Assembly: GCA_045597465.1 (NCBI GenBank)
Contig: JAZLKG010000035.1
Span: 51,740 to 115,739, forward strand
DNA: 64,000 bases
DNA from: Bacteroidales bacterium
Lineage (GTDB): Bacteria; Bacteroidota; Bacteroidia; Bacteroidales; UBA3824
Reading direction: 5' to 3'
A program made the position numbers and the translations under genes. This document shows positions 46,700 to 55,065 of the stretch, piece by piece; position 1 is the stretch's first letter, and each line of letters starts with the position of its first letter. The notes beneath the pieces were generated by a model. That model searched no databases. It saw nothing but the letters and a program-made list of their open reading frames with translations, and was not told where the DNA came from.

Positions 46700-47656
46700 T
46701 TAAAAAATAGCCTTGGCCACCTCGCGGACGTTCTCGGTGCGCCCTACCGAGAAGTAGTGGACCACCGGCACTCCGTGCGCCACAAGCTCGCGGCTCTGGG
46801 CTATGCACCATTCTATGCCTATCTGGTAGATGGCCTTGTCGTCTTTGGCCTTCATCACCTCCTTTACCAGCGGAGTTGGAAGGTCTATGTTGAACACCTG
46901 CGGAATCACCTGAAGGTCCCTGAGCTTTCCCAGAGGCTTTATAGCCGGAATTATAGGCACGTTTATGCCGGCCGCCCTGCAACGTTTCTCCCATTCGAAG
47001 AATTTCTGGTTGTCGAAAAACATTTGTGTAACAATGAATTCGGCGCCCGCGTCTATCTTCTTCTTCAGGTACTCCATGTCGATTTCGGCATTGGGCGATT
47101 CTATGTGTTTCTCCGGATATCCGGCCACTCCACATGAGAAATCTGTGCAGTCGGTGTTTTTCAGTTCCTTGTCCAGGTAAATTCCCTGGTTCAGATCCAT
47201 TATCTGCTTTATAAGGCCGTCGGTGTGCTCATGTCCATCGGGCTCGGGTATAAAGTATTTCTGGCCTGATACTGCATCTCCTCTCAGGGCCAGAATGTTC
47301 TGTACGCCAAGGAAGTTGAGGTCTATCAGAATATTCTCGATGGCCTGCTTGCTCATGCCGCCACATATCAGGTGTGGAACTGTGTTCACATTCGGATAGC
47401 GGTTTTTGATGGCCGCTGCCAACGCCACTGTTCCCGGACGCTTGCGGACTACCTTCTTCTGCAGGAGATTGTTCTCCAGGGGACTGTAGACTGTCTCGTC
47501 CTGATGATATGTGATATTTATATTCAATGGATTGAACTCCGCGAGAAGGTCCAGCTTCTCATAGAGACTATCCAGGTTGTGTCCTTTCAATGGTGGCACT
47601 ATCTCGAAAGAGAACAGTGTCTTGTCGGTATTTTTAAGTGTTTCCGCAATCTTCAT
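46700..47656 (-). CDS. metF: Methylenetetrahydrofolate reductase
   Basis: LFSFEIVPPLKG, NITYHQDE and the TIM-barrel MTHFR layout. I trimmed the start to ATG 47656-47654. Confidence 0.9.
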   Translation of the reverse strand: MKIAETLKNTDKTLFSFEIVPPLKGHNLDSLYEKLDLLAEFNPLNINITYHQDETVYSPLENNLLQKKVVRKRPGTVALAAAIKNRYPNVNTVPHLICGGMSKQAIENILIDLNFLGVQNILALRGDAVSGQKYFIPEPDGHEHTDGLIKQIMDLNQGIYLDKELKNTDCTDFSCGVAGYPEKHIESPNAEIDMEYLKKKIDAGAEFIVTQMFFDNQKFFEWEKRCRAAGINVPIIPAIKPLGKLRDLQVIPQVFNIDLPTPLVKEVMKAKDDKAIYQIGIEWCIAQSRELVAHGVPVVHYFSVGRTENVREVAKAIF

Positions 47657-47791
47657 TTTTCTATACAATTTATCAAATACAAAGGTGTAAATTTTTTTTG
47701 ATAAAAAAAGCGTATTGGGCAAAAAAATAAGTATTTTTCTAAAAAAATATCAGTAGCTTAAAAAAATTTTGAAGATGTTGGGTTTTTTGAA

Positions 47792-47799
47792 TAATTTTG
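47792..47799 (+). promoter_or_regulatory. -7 promoter box TAATTTTG for asnA
   Basis: Perfect TAnnTTTG, 37 nt upstream of ATG 47836. Confidence 0.5.
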
Positions 47800-47835
47800 G
47801 AACTGACAAATTTGAAAAATAAAACACAAAATAAA

Positions 47836-48873
47836 ATGGGTACATTATTAAAACCAATCAACTACAAGCCATTGCTCGATCTTCAGCAGACAGAGCTGGC
47901 TATCAAGAAAGTAAAGGACTTCTTCGAGTCAACATTGAGCGCCGAGCTTCAGCTCCGCCGAGTAACAGCTCCTCTCTTCGTACTGAAGGGTCAGGGCATC
48001 AACGACGACCTCAACGGCATCGAGCGTCCTGTAACATTCCCTATCAAGGATTTCAACGAGCAGAAGGCCGAGGTTGTACACTCGCTCGCCAAGTGGAAAC
48101 GCCTCACTCTCGCCAACTATAGCATTCCAGCAGGTTTTGGCCTCTACACCGATATGAACGCCATCCGTCCTGACGAGGAGTTGGACAATCTCCACTCTCT
48201 CTACGTAGACCAGTGGGACTGGGAGCGCACCATCACTCCAGAGAACCGCAACATCGACTTCCTGAAGGATATTGTAAAGCGCATCTACTCAGCTCTCCTG
48301 AAGACCGAGTACATCGTTTACGAATCGTTCCCACAGATAAAGCCAACTCTTCCAAAGGAGATCACATTCATCTCTGCCGAGGAGCTCTGCAAGAAATATC
48401 CTACCCTTACAAGCAAGGAGCGTGAGGACAAGGCGGCCAAGGAGTTTGGCGCAGTATTCATCATGGGTATAGGTGGCAAGCTCTCCGACGGCAAGAAGCA
48501 CGACGGCCGCGCTGCCGACTACGACGACTGGTCGACACCAAACTCAGAGGGCTTCAACGGCCTCAACGGTGATATCGTCCTCTGGAACGACGTTCTCCAG
48601 CGTTCATTCGAGATTTCATCGATGGGTGTGCGTGTAGACAAGACAGCTCTTCTCCGTCAGCTCGAGATCGAGAACCAGAACGAGCGCAAGGAGCTCTACT
48701 TCCACAAGCGCCTCCTCGACGGAACATTGCCAGAATCAATCGGTGGCGGTATCGGTCAGAGCCGTCTCTGCATGTACTTCCTCAAGAAAGCCCACATCGG
48801 CGAGATTCAGTGCTCTCTCTGGAGCGACGAGATGCGTGCCGAGTGCGCAGCAGCAAACATTCCGCTGATCTGA
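47836..48873 (+). CDS. asnA: Aspartate--ammonia ligase
   Basis: The AsnA family signature runs throughout (LQLRRVTAPLFV, YVDQWDWE, GGGIGQSRLCMY). I trimmed the start from TTG 47797 to ATG 47836. Confidence 0.92.
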   Translation: MGTLLKPINYKPLLDLQQTELAIKKVKDFFESTLSAELQLRRVTAPLFVLKGQGINDDLNGIERPVTFPIKDFNEQKAEVVHSLAKWKRLTLANYSIPAGFGLYTDMNAIRPDEELDNLHSLYVDQWDWERTITPENRNIDFLKDIVKRIYSALLKTEYIVYESFPQIKPTLPKEITFISAEELCKKYPTLTSKEREDKAAKEFGAVFIMGIGGKLSDGKKHDGRAADYDDWSTPNSEGFNGLNGDIVLWNDVLQRSFEISSMGVRVDKTALLRQLEIENQNERKELYFHKRLLDGTLPESIGGGIGQSRLCMYFLKKAHIGEIQCSLWSDEMRAECAAANIPLI

Positions 48874-48904
48874 TTTTGGGATAGCCATAAATGGATATAT
48901 TATT

Positions 48905-48936
48905 AGACACAGCCTGGCGGCTGTGTCTTTTTTTTA
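48905..48936 (+). terminator. Rho-independent terminator after asnA
   Basis: AGACACAGCC-TGGC-GGCTGTGTCT followed by T7. Confidence 0.75.
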
Positions 48937-49000
48937 TCCAAAAATGAAAAGAATTTTTAAGAATGAAAAGAATTATTTTATAACTTTGAAAGTTGTTCTT

Positions 49001-49024
49001 AAAAGACACGAAGTGTCTTTTTTT
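49001..49024 (+). terminator. Second terminator-like hairpin
   Basis: AAAAGACAC-GAA-GTGTCTTTT followed by further T residues. It lies immediately before the left inverted repeat of the GxxExxY cassette. Confidence 0.5.
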
Positions 49025-49030
49025 GATTGA

Positions 49031-49562
49031 ACACGAATTACCATAAATTATCACGAATTATCATAAATTTTTTTATATGAACGATTTTAAGAAATATGAA
49101 GATATTGTCTATCAGATAATAGGAGCTGCTATGTATGTTCACACGGAAATGGGATGGGGACTTCTGGAACCATTATACAATGAGTGTCTTCATTTGGAAT
49201 TGCTTGATAGAGGTGTGGAAAACTCTTCTGAGGTGGATCTGCCTTGTTATTTCAAGAATCATAAATTGGCTAAGTCTTATAGAATGGATATTGTAGTTGG
49301 GAGCGATATTTGCGTTGAGTTGAAATCAGTACAGGATCTTGTTTCAGAACATAGAGCCCAACTTTTTAATTATCTGCGGTTAACAAAGAAGCCTATTGGT
49401 TTGTTGATTAACTTTGGAAGGAAAAAATTGCAGGGAGAAAGGTATGGTTACAATAGTGAAACGAATGAATGTATTTTGTTAGATAAAAATATGAATATTG
49501 TAAACAATGAATTATATATTAATTATTGATGATAATTCGTGGTAATTTATGGTAATTCGTGT
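49031..49562. mobile_element. 532-bp cassette: GxxExxY gene bracketed by 34-bp inverted repeats
   Basis: IR-L is 49031-49064 (ACACGAATTACCATAAATTATCACGAATTATCAT). The reverse complement of IR-R (49529-49562) matches it at 33 of 34 positions. Each IR is itself two tandem CACGAATTAYCATAAATT units. Mobility is an inference. Confidence 0.45.
49077..49529 (+). CDS. GxxExxY protein (PDDEXK_3-type predicted nuclease)
   Basis: 150 aa with GWGLLEPLY (the GxxExxY motif) and YRMDIVVGSDICVELKSV (the D..ExK motif). Confidence 0.8.
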   Translation: MNDFKKYEDIVYQIIGAAMYVHTEMGWGLLEPLYNECLHLELLDRGVENSSEVDLPCYFKNHKLAKSYRMDIVVGSDICVELKSVQDLVSEHRAQLFNYLRLTKKPIGLLINFGRKKLQGERYGYNSETNECILLDKNMNIVNNELYINY

Positions 49563-49609
49563 AAAAAAAAAGTGGGCGAAGCCCACTAAACCTTGATTTT
49601 GTGTAGAAT

Positions 49610-50203
49610 ATGGAAGCATTTTTTCAGTTAGAAAAGTTCCCGGAGGCGGGATGTGATGAGGCTGGACGTGGTTGTCTGGCTGGTCCGGTGGTGGCCGGAG
49701 CGGTGATTTTTCCGCAGGATTACTTCAACCAAAAGATCAACGACAGCAAGCAACTGTCTGAGAAAAAGCGCTTTGAACTGCGTGACGAAATTATCCGCGA
49801 TGCCATATCGTACGGCATAGGAATCTGCACCAACGAGGAGATAGACCGTATGAATATCCTCCAGGCTTCGCTCACCGCGATGCATCGTGCGCTTGATCAG
49901 CTGCATCAGAGACCCGAATTTATAATAATAGACGGCAACAAATGGCGCGATTATAACAGCATACCTTTTCAGACAGTTGTGAAGGGTGATTCAAAGTATC
50001 TCTCCATAGCCGCGGCCTCCATACTTGCCAAGACCTACAGGGACGAGATGATTGTGGAAGCATCAGAACAATACCCTATGTACAACTGGGCCAAGAACAA
50101 AGGCTACCCAACCAAGGACCACCGCATGGCAATTCTGGAATACGGCGTGTGTCCGCTCCACAGGCTCACTTACGGCCCTTGTCAGCCGCGTCTTGACTTA
50201 TAA
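49610..50203 (+). CDS. rnhB: Ribonuclease HII
   Basis: 197 aa with GCDEAGRGCLAGPVVAGAV and DSKQLS motifs. Confidence 0.95.
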   Translation: MEAFFQLEKFPEAGCDEAGRGCLAGPVVAGAVIFPQDYFNQKINDSKQLSEKKRFELRDEIIRDAISYGIGICTNEEIDRMNILQASLTAMHRALDQLHQRPEFIIIDGNKWRDYNSIPFQTVVKGDSKYLSIAAASILAKTYRDEMIVEASEQYPMYNWAKNKGYPTKDHRMAILEYGVCPLHRLTYGPCQPRLDL

Positions 50204-50283
50204 AATTTACAGTTGTAATTTGTAAACAAGCATAATTAAATGCAAAATTAACAAAAATAAACCTTCTGATACACAAAAAATTA

Positions 50284-50320
50284 AGGGGCGACGTTGCAAA
50301 CAACGCCGCCCCTGTGTTTT
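50284..50320 (+). terminator. Terminator-like hairpin after rnhB
   Basis: AGGGGCGACGTTG-CAAA-CAACGCCGCCCCT forms a 13-bp stem with one mismatch, followed by GTGTTTT. Confidence 0.55.
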
Positions 50321-50348
50321 ATGCGGATTTTTTTTTTACAATATTTTT

Positions 50349-50846
50349 TTACTGATTTACGAATTTCTCGATATCCATTCCGATGCCTTCCTTGATTATC
50401 TCGAGACCTTCCTTGTATTCATCGCCGTAATCTCTGATACCATCCTGGTGATCGGACTTGATTATGTTGTAGTACATGTTGTCTACCTTGTCGCCAGGCT
50501 TCAGCCACTCGTTCATCAGTCTCAAGGCTGGGATAAGGGCGTACTGCTTGCCGTTCAGCTTCTTGGCCTCATGGATATAGTTGAGACGTCCGGTAAGGTA
50601 TATGAGGTCCTCGCCTTTGTAGAGTTCTTTGGCGTTTGTACCGTTTTCCATCGATTCGTCTACGGCGTTGCTGGCCAGTTCAAGGTTTTCTACGCAAACC
50701 GAGACAAAGCTGTCTACCTGCTGCTGGTTCATGCTGTCTATCATCACTCCGTTTTTGAGTGTCTCTGGTGGGAATGTGCATGCAGATTGGGCTATAATTG
50801 CCACAAAAGCCGACATTGCCACTACCATCATAATGATTTTTTTCAT
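50349..50846 (-). CDS. Hypothetical lipoprotein
   Basis: 165 aa with a signal sequence and Cys (MKKIIMMVVAMSAFVAIIAQSAC). I do not recognise a family. Confidence 0.5.
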   Translation of the reverse strand: MKKIIMMVVAMSAFVAIIAQSACTFPPETLKNGVMIDSMNQQQVDSFVSVCVENLELASNAVDESMENGTNAKELYKGEDLIYLTGRLNYIHEAKKLNGKQYALIPALRLMNEWLKPGDKVDNMYYNIIKSDHQDGIRDYGDEYKEGLEIIKEGIGMDIEKFVNQ

Positions 50847-50941
50847 AATTGTGTGTGTTTATGTGTGTTGATATAATTATTTTGACGCAAAAATAATAAA
50901 AAAATGTAATATCAGTATTATTTTTCCTGATTAAATTAATA

Positions 50942-50975
50942 ATGCGGATTCATAACCGCAGATTTTGCGGTTAAG
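50942..50975 (+). repeat. Ghost copy of the Fic gene 3' end plus hairpin
   Basis: ATGCGGATTCATAACCGCAGATTTTGCGGTTAAG matches 52133-52166 at 32 of 34 positions. Only the inner 8-9 bp stem is retained. Confidence 0.75.
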
Positions 50976-50994
50976 AATAATTCAATTATCTTTG
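50964..50994 (+). promoter_or_regulatory. Bacteroidota promoter for fic (-33 TTTG, 19-nt spacer, -7 TATCTTTG)
   Basis: TTTG lies at 50964-50967 and TATCTTTG at 50987-50994, with the ATG at 51013. The -33 element sits inside the ghost hairpin. Confidence 0.55.
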
Positions 50995-51012
50995 CAAACA
51001 AAAATTATTGCT

Positions 51013-52146
51013 ATGTATATCCACGAATTGAAAGATTGGCCATATTTCTATTGGGACAAGGACTCTGTAGGTGCTTATCAGCTGAGGGTGTCCCGTGAGG
51101 CCTCGTATCTATATGGCAAACTCAGTTCAATAGGTTTTCAGGGACAGTTGCAGGCGGTTGTTGAGAGTATCACATACGATGTAATGTGCTCGTCGGAGAT
51201 AGAGGGCGTGCACCTCAACAACAGTCAGGTGCGCTCGTCGATAGCACGTAAACTTGGTGCTGTGATAAATGATTTTGCCGAGCCGTCGCATTATATTGAC
51301 GGCATTGTGGAGATGATGCTTGATTCCACTACCAATTATAATAGTGAGTTGACCTCGGAGCGATTGTTTGGTTGGCATTCCTGTCTTTTTCCTAACGGCC
51401 GCAGTGGATACTCGCTGATAGATGTTGCAAAATATCGCACTGGTGCAATGCGTGTGGTATCAGGAAATTATGGCCGGGAGAGAGTTCATTATGTGGCTCC
51501 TGATGCTGATAGGATAGGAGAGGAGATGAGGCTGTTTTTCAGTTGGTTCAATTCCAGTTCAGTAACACGTGATTATGTGAAATCCGCCATTGCCCATTTG
51601 TGGTTTGTCTGCATTCATCCTTTCGACGATGGCAACGGACGCATAGGCCGAGCCATTGCTGATATGGCCTTGCAACAGGCCGACGATAGCAAGATGAGAT
51701 TTTTCAGCGTATCTCAACAGATAAACGCCGACAAGAAACATTATTACGATATCCTGGAGCGTACTCAGAGTAAGAAATCGCTTGATATTACCGAGTGGCT
51801 GATATGGTATCTCGAATGTATTGGAAATGCAATCAAGAATGCCGAGCGAAACTATCAAATGGTGGTGGATAAGTCGGCATTCTGGCAAAACCACAGTCAG
51901 ACCGAATTGTCGGCCCGTCAGTGTGACGTTATCAATATCTATCTTGATGGCTATATTGGAAAGCTGACGGCCAAAAACTGGGCAAAACTCTCCAAAGTGT
52001 CGCTCGATACAGCCTCGCGCGATATCAAGGATCTTGTCAGCAAAAACATTCTGACACCCAACACCAACCAGGCCCGTAATGTGAATTATGCATTGATTAT
52101 TGGCAATGGAAGAAAACTGGATTTCCTCTCTGATGCGGATTTATAA
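51013..52146 (+). CDS. Fic family protein (DUF4172-type N-terminus)
   Basis: It has the Fic motif HPFDDGNGRIGRAI, and the N-terminus YIHELKDWPYFYWD is typical of the DUF4172-Fic architecture. I trimmed the start to ATG 51013. Confidence 0.9.
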   Translation: MYIHELKDWPYFYWDKDSVGAYQLRVSREASYLYGKLSSIGFQGQLQAVVESITYDVMCSSEIEGVHLNNSQVRSSIARKLGAVINDFAEPSHYIDGIVEMMLDSTTNYNSELTSERLFGWHSCLFPNGRSGYSLIDVAKYRTGAMRVVSGNYGRERVHYVAPDADRIGEEMRLFFSWFNSSSVTRDYVKSAIAHLWFVCIHPFDDGNGRIGRAIADMALQQADDSKMRFFSVSQQINADKKHYYDILERTQSKKSLDITEWLIWYLECIGNAIKNAERNYQMVVDKSAFWQNHSQTELSARQCDVINIYLDGYIGKLTAKNWAKLSKVSLDTASRDIKDLVSKNILTPNTNQARNVNYALIIGNGRKLDFLSDADL

Positions 52147-52173
52147 CCGCAGATTTTGCGGTTATGAATCCGC
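52133..52173 (+). repeat. 17-bp-stem hairpin overlapping the Fic stop codon
   Basis: GCGGATTTATAACCGCA-GATTT-TGCGGTTATGAATCCGC at 52135-52173, with one U-G position. A related ACCGCAGACTTTGCGGTTAAGG lies at 58924-58945. Confidence 0.75.
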
Positions 52174-52180
52174 AAAATCA

Positions 52181-52256
52181 GGAATTTTGTGAAAAAATGG
52201 CAGAAAATGGCTGGAATTTTGTGAAAATTTAGGCTAAAAGTATTGGAATTTTGTGA
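52181..52256 (+). repeat. Three direct repeats of GGAATTTTGTGA phased at exactly 32 bp
   Basis: Copies start at 52181, 52213 and 52245. Confidence 0.8.
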
Positions 52257-52356
52257 TTTTTAAAACATTATATTGGTATGGCACAACTACTTAGACGAAA
52301 ATAGATGATGATCTAAAATTTCGGTCTCAGGACGGCCGAAAATAAAGAAAAATGAT

Positions 52357-52364
52357 TACCTTTG
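52357..52364 (+). promoter_or_regulatory. -7 promoter box TACCTTTG
   Basis: Perfect TAnnTTTG, 63 nt upstream of ATG 52427. Confidence 0.4.
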
Positions 52365-52426
52365 TGATTGATGACCGCGAATGATAGAATGTGGCATTTA
52401 TGTATAACCAATACACTGAGTAAGAT

Positions 52427-53173
52427 ATGGAATATTCAGATGATTTTGTTAAACTTATCAAACGCCTCAGTGCAAATACTGACGAGCATTTACAATTTAT
52501 TGGCTTCGGGAATCCCAACTCAAAGATTTTGTTTGTAGGAAAAGAATGTGGCGATGATTCTGACAGTTCCAATGAGAAAGACTACAATAAACAGAATCTC
52601 TCACACTGGAAAAAGAACATTAGTGAGTCTCCACTTCCTATTGACATTTGGTACCCAAATCATAACGAAGTTTTTAATCCTGAATATCCCTACAATGGAA
52701 TGCCGATGAAAAAACTATCAGGAGGTCACACTTGGCGCAATTACCAAAAGATAGTTGATGGCATTACATGTGAATGCAGTTCGGAGTTTGTCGATTTTTA
52801 CAAGTATGCATTTGCTACAGAGCTAAACTCGGTTGTAAGAAAATACAGTAAATATAGCATCGAAGCAAGAGACTCCATAGAAAAAAGAGCACAGCATCTT
52901 TTGTGCGACCCATTCTATAAGAACTTTCCTATTACAATTGTTGGTTGTGGCGGTTATCTTAATCGATACAATATCAATTTAGAAAAAGTCTTTGGTGTTA
53001 GGTGGGAAGGACGTACTATTGAAATAACCAACTCCAATGACAAGAAAATTGGGTGGATAAATGTCCATTATGCTGATGGGAGGATATTGATACATACAAG
53101 ACAATTGTCTATGTGTTCTGGTAAATTGATTAATGAAATTATAGAGTTATGTAAGCCTTTTTACTCTATATAG
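52427..53173 (+). CDS. Hypothetical protein (remote uracil-DNA-glycosylase-superfamily-like motifs)
   Basis: 248 aa. KILFVGKECGDD resembles UDG motif A (VGEAPG) and ILIHTRQLS resembles motif B (HPS). The resemblance is weak. Confidence 0.5.
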   Translation: MEYSDDFVKLIKRLSANTDEHLQFIGFGNPNSKILFVGKECGDDSDSSNEKDYNKQNLSHWKKNISESPLPIDIWYPNHNEVFNPEYPYNGMPMKKLSGGHTWRNYQKIVDGITCECSSEFVDFYKYAFATELNSVVRKYSKYSIEARDSIEKRAQHLLCDPFYKNFPITIVGCGGYLNRYNINLEKVFGVRWEGRTIEITNSNDKKIGWINVHYADGRILIHTRQLSMCSGKLINEIIELCKPFYSI

Positions 53174-53191
53174 CTATTAAATCACTTTTTC

Positions 53192-53233
53192 AACAGGGTT
53201 GTGCATTCCTTTTGCATTACCCTGTTTTTATTT
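53192..53233 (+). terminator. Rho-independent terminator
   Basis: AACAGGGT ... ACCCTGTT stem followed by TTTTTATTTT. Confidence 0.6.
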
Positions 53234-53510
53234 TGCCTCATAAAAGAAGAAAAGGGGTTCTTATAAAAATCATTGTATCATAACTCATAATAGATTATAG
53301 AAAACAGAGTTCCCCATTGTAACTAGCTTCTACACTTTCCCGTATTTCCTGACTTTTCTGCTAAAGCGGTGGATAGGAGAGAGGATATTAAAAGAGGAGA
53401 GTGAGCAATCTGAATAATTACTATATTACAAAAAGTTTGCTATAATCAGCGCTAAGTGTTTTTTTTGGTGTCCACTTTTTCAGGCTGGTACAAAAAAAAA
53501 CAAACTATTT

Positions 53511-53594
53511 CGGAAAAAATGTATTTTTCTGCTTGCGATTTTACGGAAAAAATGTATTTTTGTGCTATCGTAAATATGGAATAAATGTAATTTG
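53511..53594 (+). repeat. Three direct repeats of CGGAAAAAATGTATTTTT phased at exactly 33 bp, ending at the ATPase start codon
   Basis: Copies start at 53511 and 53544 (identical 18-mers) and at 53577 (TGGAATAAATGTAATTTG). The ATG is at 53597. Confidence 0.85.
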
Positions 53595-53596
53595 CT

Positions 53597-54970
53597 ATGC
53601 TTAAAAGAAAGATAACCAATAGGATAGAAGAATTTTTGAAGTCAGGAGCAAAAAAGATGCTTATTATTGATGGAGCGCGTCAGATAGGCAAATCTTTTAT
53701 TATACGTCACGTTGGAAAAAAAATGTTTTCAAATTATATTGAAATCAATATGGAACGTGACAAGCAAAACGACCGTGCTTTTGCTCAGGCTAAGACTTTG
53801 GATTCTTTTTATTTGGCTTTGAGTTCTATTGCAGGCCAAAAAATGAAAGATAGAAATAATACTCTGGTATTTATTGATGAGATTCAAGCTTATCCTCATT
53901 TGCTCACTTTGGCAAAGTTTTTAGTGGAAGACAACAAGTTCACTTACATTGCAAGTGGATCTTTGCTGGGTGTCACTTTGCAAAGTACGCAATCTATTCC
54001 TGTTGGGTATATTGAGCGAGAACAAATGTATCCGCTTGATTTCGAGGAATTTCTTTGGGCCAATAATGTAGGTGAATTGGTGATTGAAAAGATGCGGGAC
54101 TTGTTCAAAAAGGCTATTGTAGATAGGCAATACGAAAGTCTGGATTCTGCATTGAACCAAAAAATATTGGACTTGTTCCGTCGTTATCTTTTGGTCGGAG
54201 GTTTGCCTGAGGCTGTTAATACATACATTGAGAGCCATAATATCGTGAAGGTACGCACTGTTCAAAATAGTGTATTGCAGATGTATGCACTTGATGCCGC
54301 CAAATATGAGCAAGAGTCGTCGCGGAAGCTTAAGATACAGAGAATTTATCAGATGATTCCTTCTAATCTTGAAAATCACAAAAAGCGTGTGGTTGTAAAA
54401 GATATAGAAGGAAAGGTTGGCAAACGAACGAGTGATTATCAGGATGAGTTTGATTATCTTGTATCTTCAGGCATTGCTTTGGAGGTGGATGCGGTAAGTC
54501 AGCCTGTTTATCCATTGATACAGAATGCAGGTAAAAATCTATTGAAGTTGTATATAAATGATGTTGGATTGTTCACAAATATTCTTTACAAAGAGAATAT
54601 CAGATCTGTAATTGATGATATTTGTAGTGTGAATTTGGGTGCTGTATATGAGACTGCTGTTGCCCAAGAGCTCAAGGCTCACGGATTTGGCTTGTTTTAT
54701 TATGACAACAAGAAGGTAGGTGAAGTGGACTATCTTATTGATGATGCTGATACTCTGTCTCCATTGCCTATAGAAGTAAAGTCGGGCAGAGACTATACTA
54801 TCCATAGTGCATTAAGTAAATTTATGAAAGTTCCTACTTATAACATAAAACGGGCTTGTGTCCTCTCTAACGAAGCCTCTATTTATGAATCGGATGGCAT
54901 TGTATATATGCCTATATACAATGTTATGTTTTTCAAACCTAATATGAGGGATGTGATTTTGGAGTTTTAA
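53597..54970 (+). CDS. AAA+ ATPase (AAA_14/DUF4143-type) with a C-terminal PD-(D/E)xK-like motif
   Basis: 457 aa with Walker A (GARQIGKS), Walker B (LVFIDEIQ) and a C-terminal GEVDYLID...LPIEVKSG. Confidence 0.85.
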   Translation: MLKRKITNRIEEFLKSGAKKMLIIDGARQIGKSFIIRHVGKKMFSNYIEINMERDKQNDRAFAQAKTLDSFYLALSSIAGQKMKDRNNTLVFIDEIQAYPHLLTLAKFLVEDNKFTYIASGSLLGVTLQSTQSIPVGYIEREQMYPLDFEEFLWANNVGELVIEKMRDLFKKAIVDRQYESLDSALNQKILDLFRRYLLVGGLPEAVNTYIESHNIVKVRTVQNSVLQMYALDAAKYEQESSRKLKIQRIYQMIPSNLENHKKRVVVKDIEGKVGKRTSDYQDEFDYLVSSGIALEVDAVSQPVYPLIQNAGKNLLKLYINDVGLFTNILYKENIRSVIDDICSVNLGAVYETAVAQELKAHGFGLFYYDNKKVGEVDYLIDDADTLSPLPIEVKSGRDYTIHSALSKFMKVPTYNIKRACVLSNEASIYESDGIVYMPIYNVMFFKPNMRDVILEF

Positions 54971-54971
54971 C

Positions 54972-55044
54972 AAAAAAACTGCGTTATATTCTGCAAAATG
55001 TCCTTTTTTTTGATAGATTTTGCAGAATATAACGCAGTTTTTTT
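54972..55044. repeat. 73-nt palindromic element A (28-bp perfect stem)
   Basis: AAAAAAACTGCGTTATATTCTGCAAAAT (54972-54999) pairs with ATTTTGCAGAATATAACGCAGTTTTTTT (55017-55044) across the 17-nt loop GTCCTTTTTTTTGATAG. The shape is that of a bidirectional terminator. Confidence 0.85.
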
Positions 55045-55065
55045 GTAAGGGGAAGAGGCGTCCTT

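Noticed and set aside
48937-49000. 26-codon ORF (MKRIFKNEKNYFITLKVVLKRHEVSFFD) between the two hairpins after asnA.
   Set aside because: It is very short, consists of a duplicated ATGAAAAGAATT string, and runs into the second hairpin. Nothing supports it as coding.
49563-49590. The hairpin AGTGGGC-GAA-GCCCACT, preceded by an A-run, as a terminator.
   Set aside because: The U-tract would be on the minus strand, where no gene ends nearby. It may belong to the cassette end or block antisense transcription, but I cannot support a call.
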